20,000 nt of DNA from an uncultured virus (IMG/VR IMGVR_UViG_3300012950_000001) (taxonomy: Duplodnaviria > Heunggongvirae > Uroviricota > Caudoviricetes). Location of the stretch: the IMG/VR virus record IMGVR_UViG_3300012950_000001. One strand, written 5' to 3'. The translations under genes were made by a program, and so were the position numbers. The stretch's first letter is position 1; each line of letters opens with the position of its first letter. Shown here one piece after another: positions 19,411 to 20,000 of this stretch. The notes under the pieces were generated by a model. The model did no database searches. It worked only from the letters and a program-made list of their open reading frames with translations, and was not told the origin of the DNA.

Positions 19411-20000
19411 GACTAGGTGTTATGTGTTCTGGTAATGGATCTAACTTTGAGAATATAGTTAGGTCATGTAGAGTGGATGAAGTTGTGTTGATGATACACA
19501 ACAAAAGAGATTGTGGTGCAGCAAGACGTGCCCAGAAGTTGGGAATTAATCATTGTTATATTAAGTCAAAGAATGAGGATGAGATTATTCAACTTTTCAC
19601 AGCATGGAGAGTTGATGTAATAGTAATGGCAGGATGGATGCGAATCGTTACAAAGAAACTTATTGATGCATTTCCTGATAGAATAATAAATCTACACCCT
19701 TCCCTACTTCCAAAGTATAAAGGACTACATGCCATAGAACAGGCAATGGACAGTGGGGATAGTGTCACAGGATGTACTGTGCATTACGTGACAGAAGAGT
19801 TAGATTCTGGTACAATAATAGAACAACTTGAAGTTCCTATTCTTCCTGAGTATGACATTGTATCTTTAACCAAGGCCATACAGAGGGCCGAATATGCACT
19901 TTTACCCCATGCAATTGAAAATGTTAAGCACAAATTACAGGAACAGGATAGTAGATATCTGTTGCAGGATGATCTCCACCGACGGGACAGTGGATTTGAG
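19407..20000 (+). CDS. purN: Phosphoribosylglycinamide formyltransferase, 3'-truncated by the window (absent from ORF track)
   Basis: MRLGVMCSGNGSNF...MAGWMRI...IINLHPSLLPKYKG...TGCTVHYVTEELDSG; SD AGGAG upstream; no stop before 20000. Confidence 0.95.
   Translation, partial: MRLGVMCSGNGSNFENIVRSCRVDEVVLMIHNKRDCGAARRAQKLGINHCYIKSKNEDEIIQLFTAWRVDVIVMAGWMRIVTKKLIDAFPDRIINLHPSLLPKYKGLHAIEQAMDSGDSVTGCTVHYVTEELDSGTIIEQLEVPILPEYDIVSLTKAIQRAEYALLPHAIENVKHKLQEQDSRYLLQDDLHRRDSGFE
19921..20000 (+). CDS. Start of a probable small hypothetical protein overlapping the purN 3' end
   Basis: ATG at 19921 gives MLSTNYRNRIVDICCRMISTDGTVDL..., open to the window end; resembles a recalled cyanophage MLSTxYR-type N-terminus. 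Confidence 0.5.
   Translation, partial: MLSTNYRNRIVDICCRMISTDGTVDL

Overview
Core-genome segment of a T4-like marine cyanomyovirus (AT-rich; gene content like Prochlorococcus/Synechococcus myoviruses). All credible genes are on the + strand and tightly packed: 3' part of gp23 major capsid, a glycine-rich membrane protein, gp3, uvsY, uvsW, a conserved hypothetical, gp55 late sigma, gp47, gp46, a HExxH-peptidase/vWA protein paired with a MoxR/CobS AAA+ ATPase, pebS, a DUF3310-like protein with a long acidic N-terminus, gp45, three small ORFs, gp44, a GIY-YIG-like ORF, a DUF4338/DruA-like protein, purM, two small ORFs and purN, which runs off the end. Three genes missed by the ORF track were added (5359..5526, purN from 19407, an ORF from 19921). 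Main non-coding signals: a near-consensus antisense sigma70 promoter (TTGACA-17-TATGAT) overlapping the gp55 promoter, and two identically spaced copies of a palindrome/-10/CATACAA promoter module in front of the vWA and AAA+ genes. Family assignments come from motif recognition by eye and memory, not database searches.
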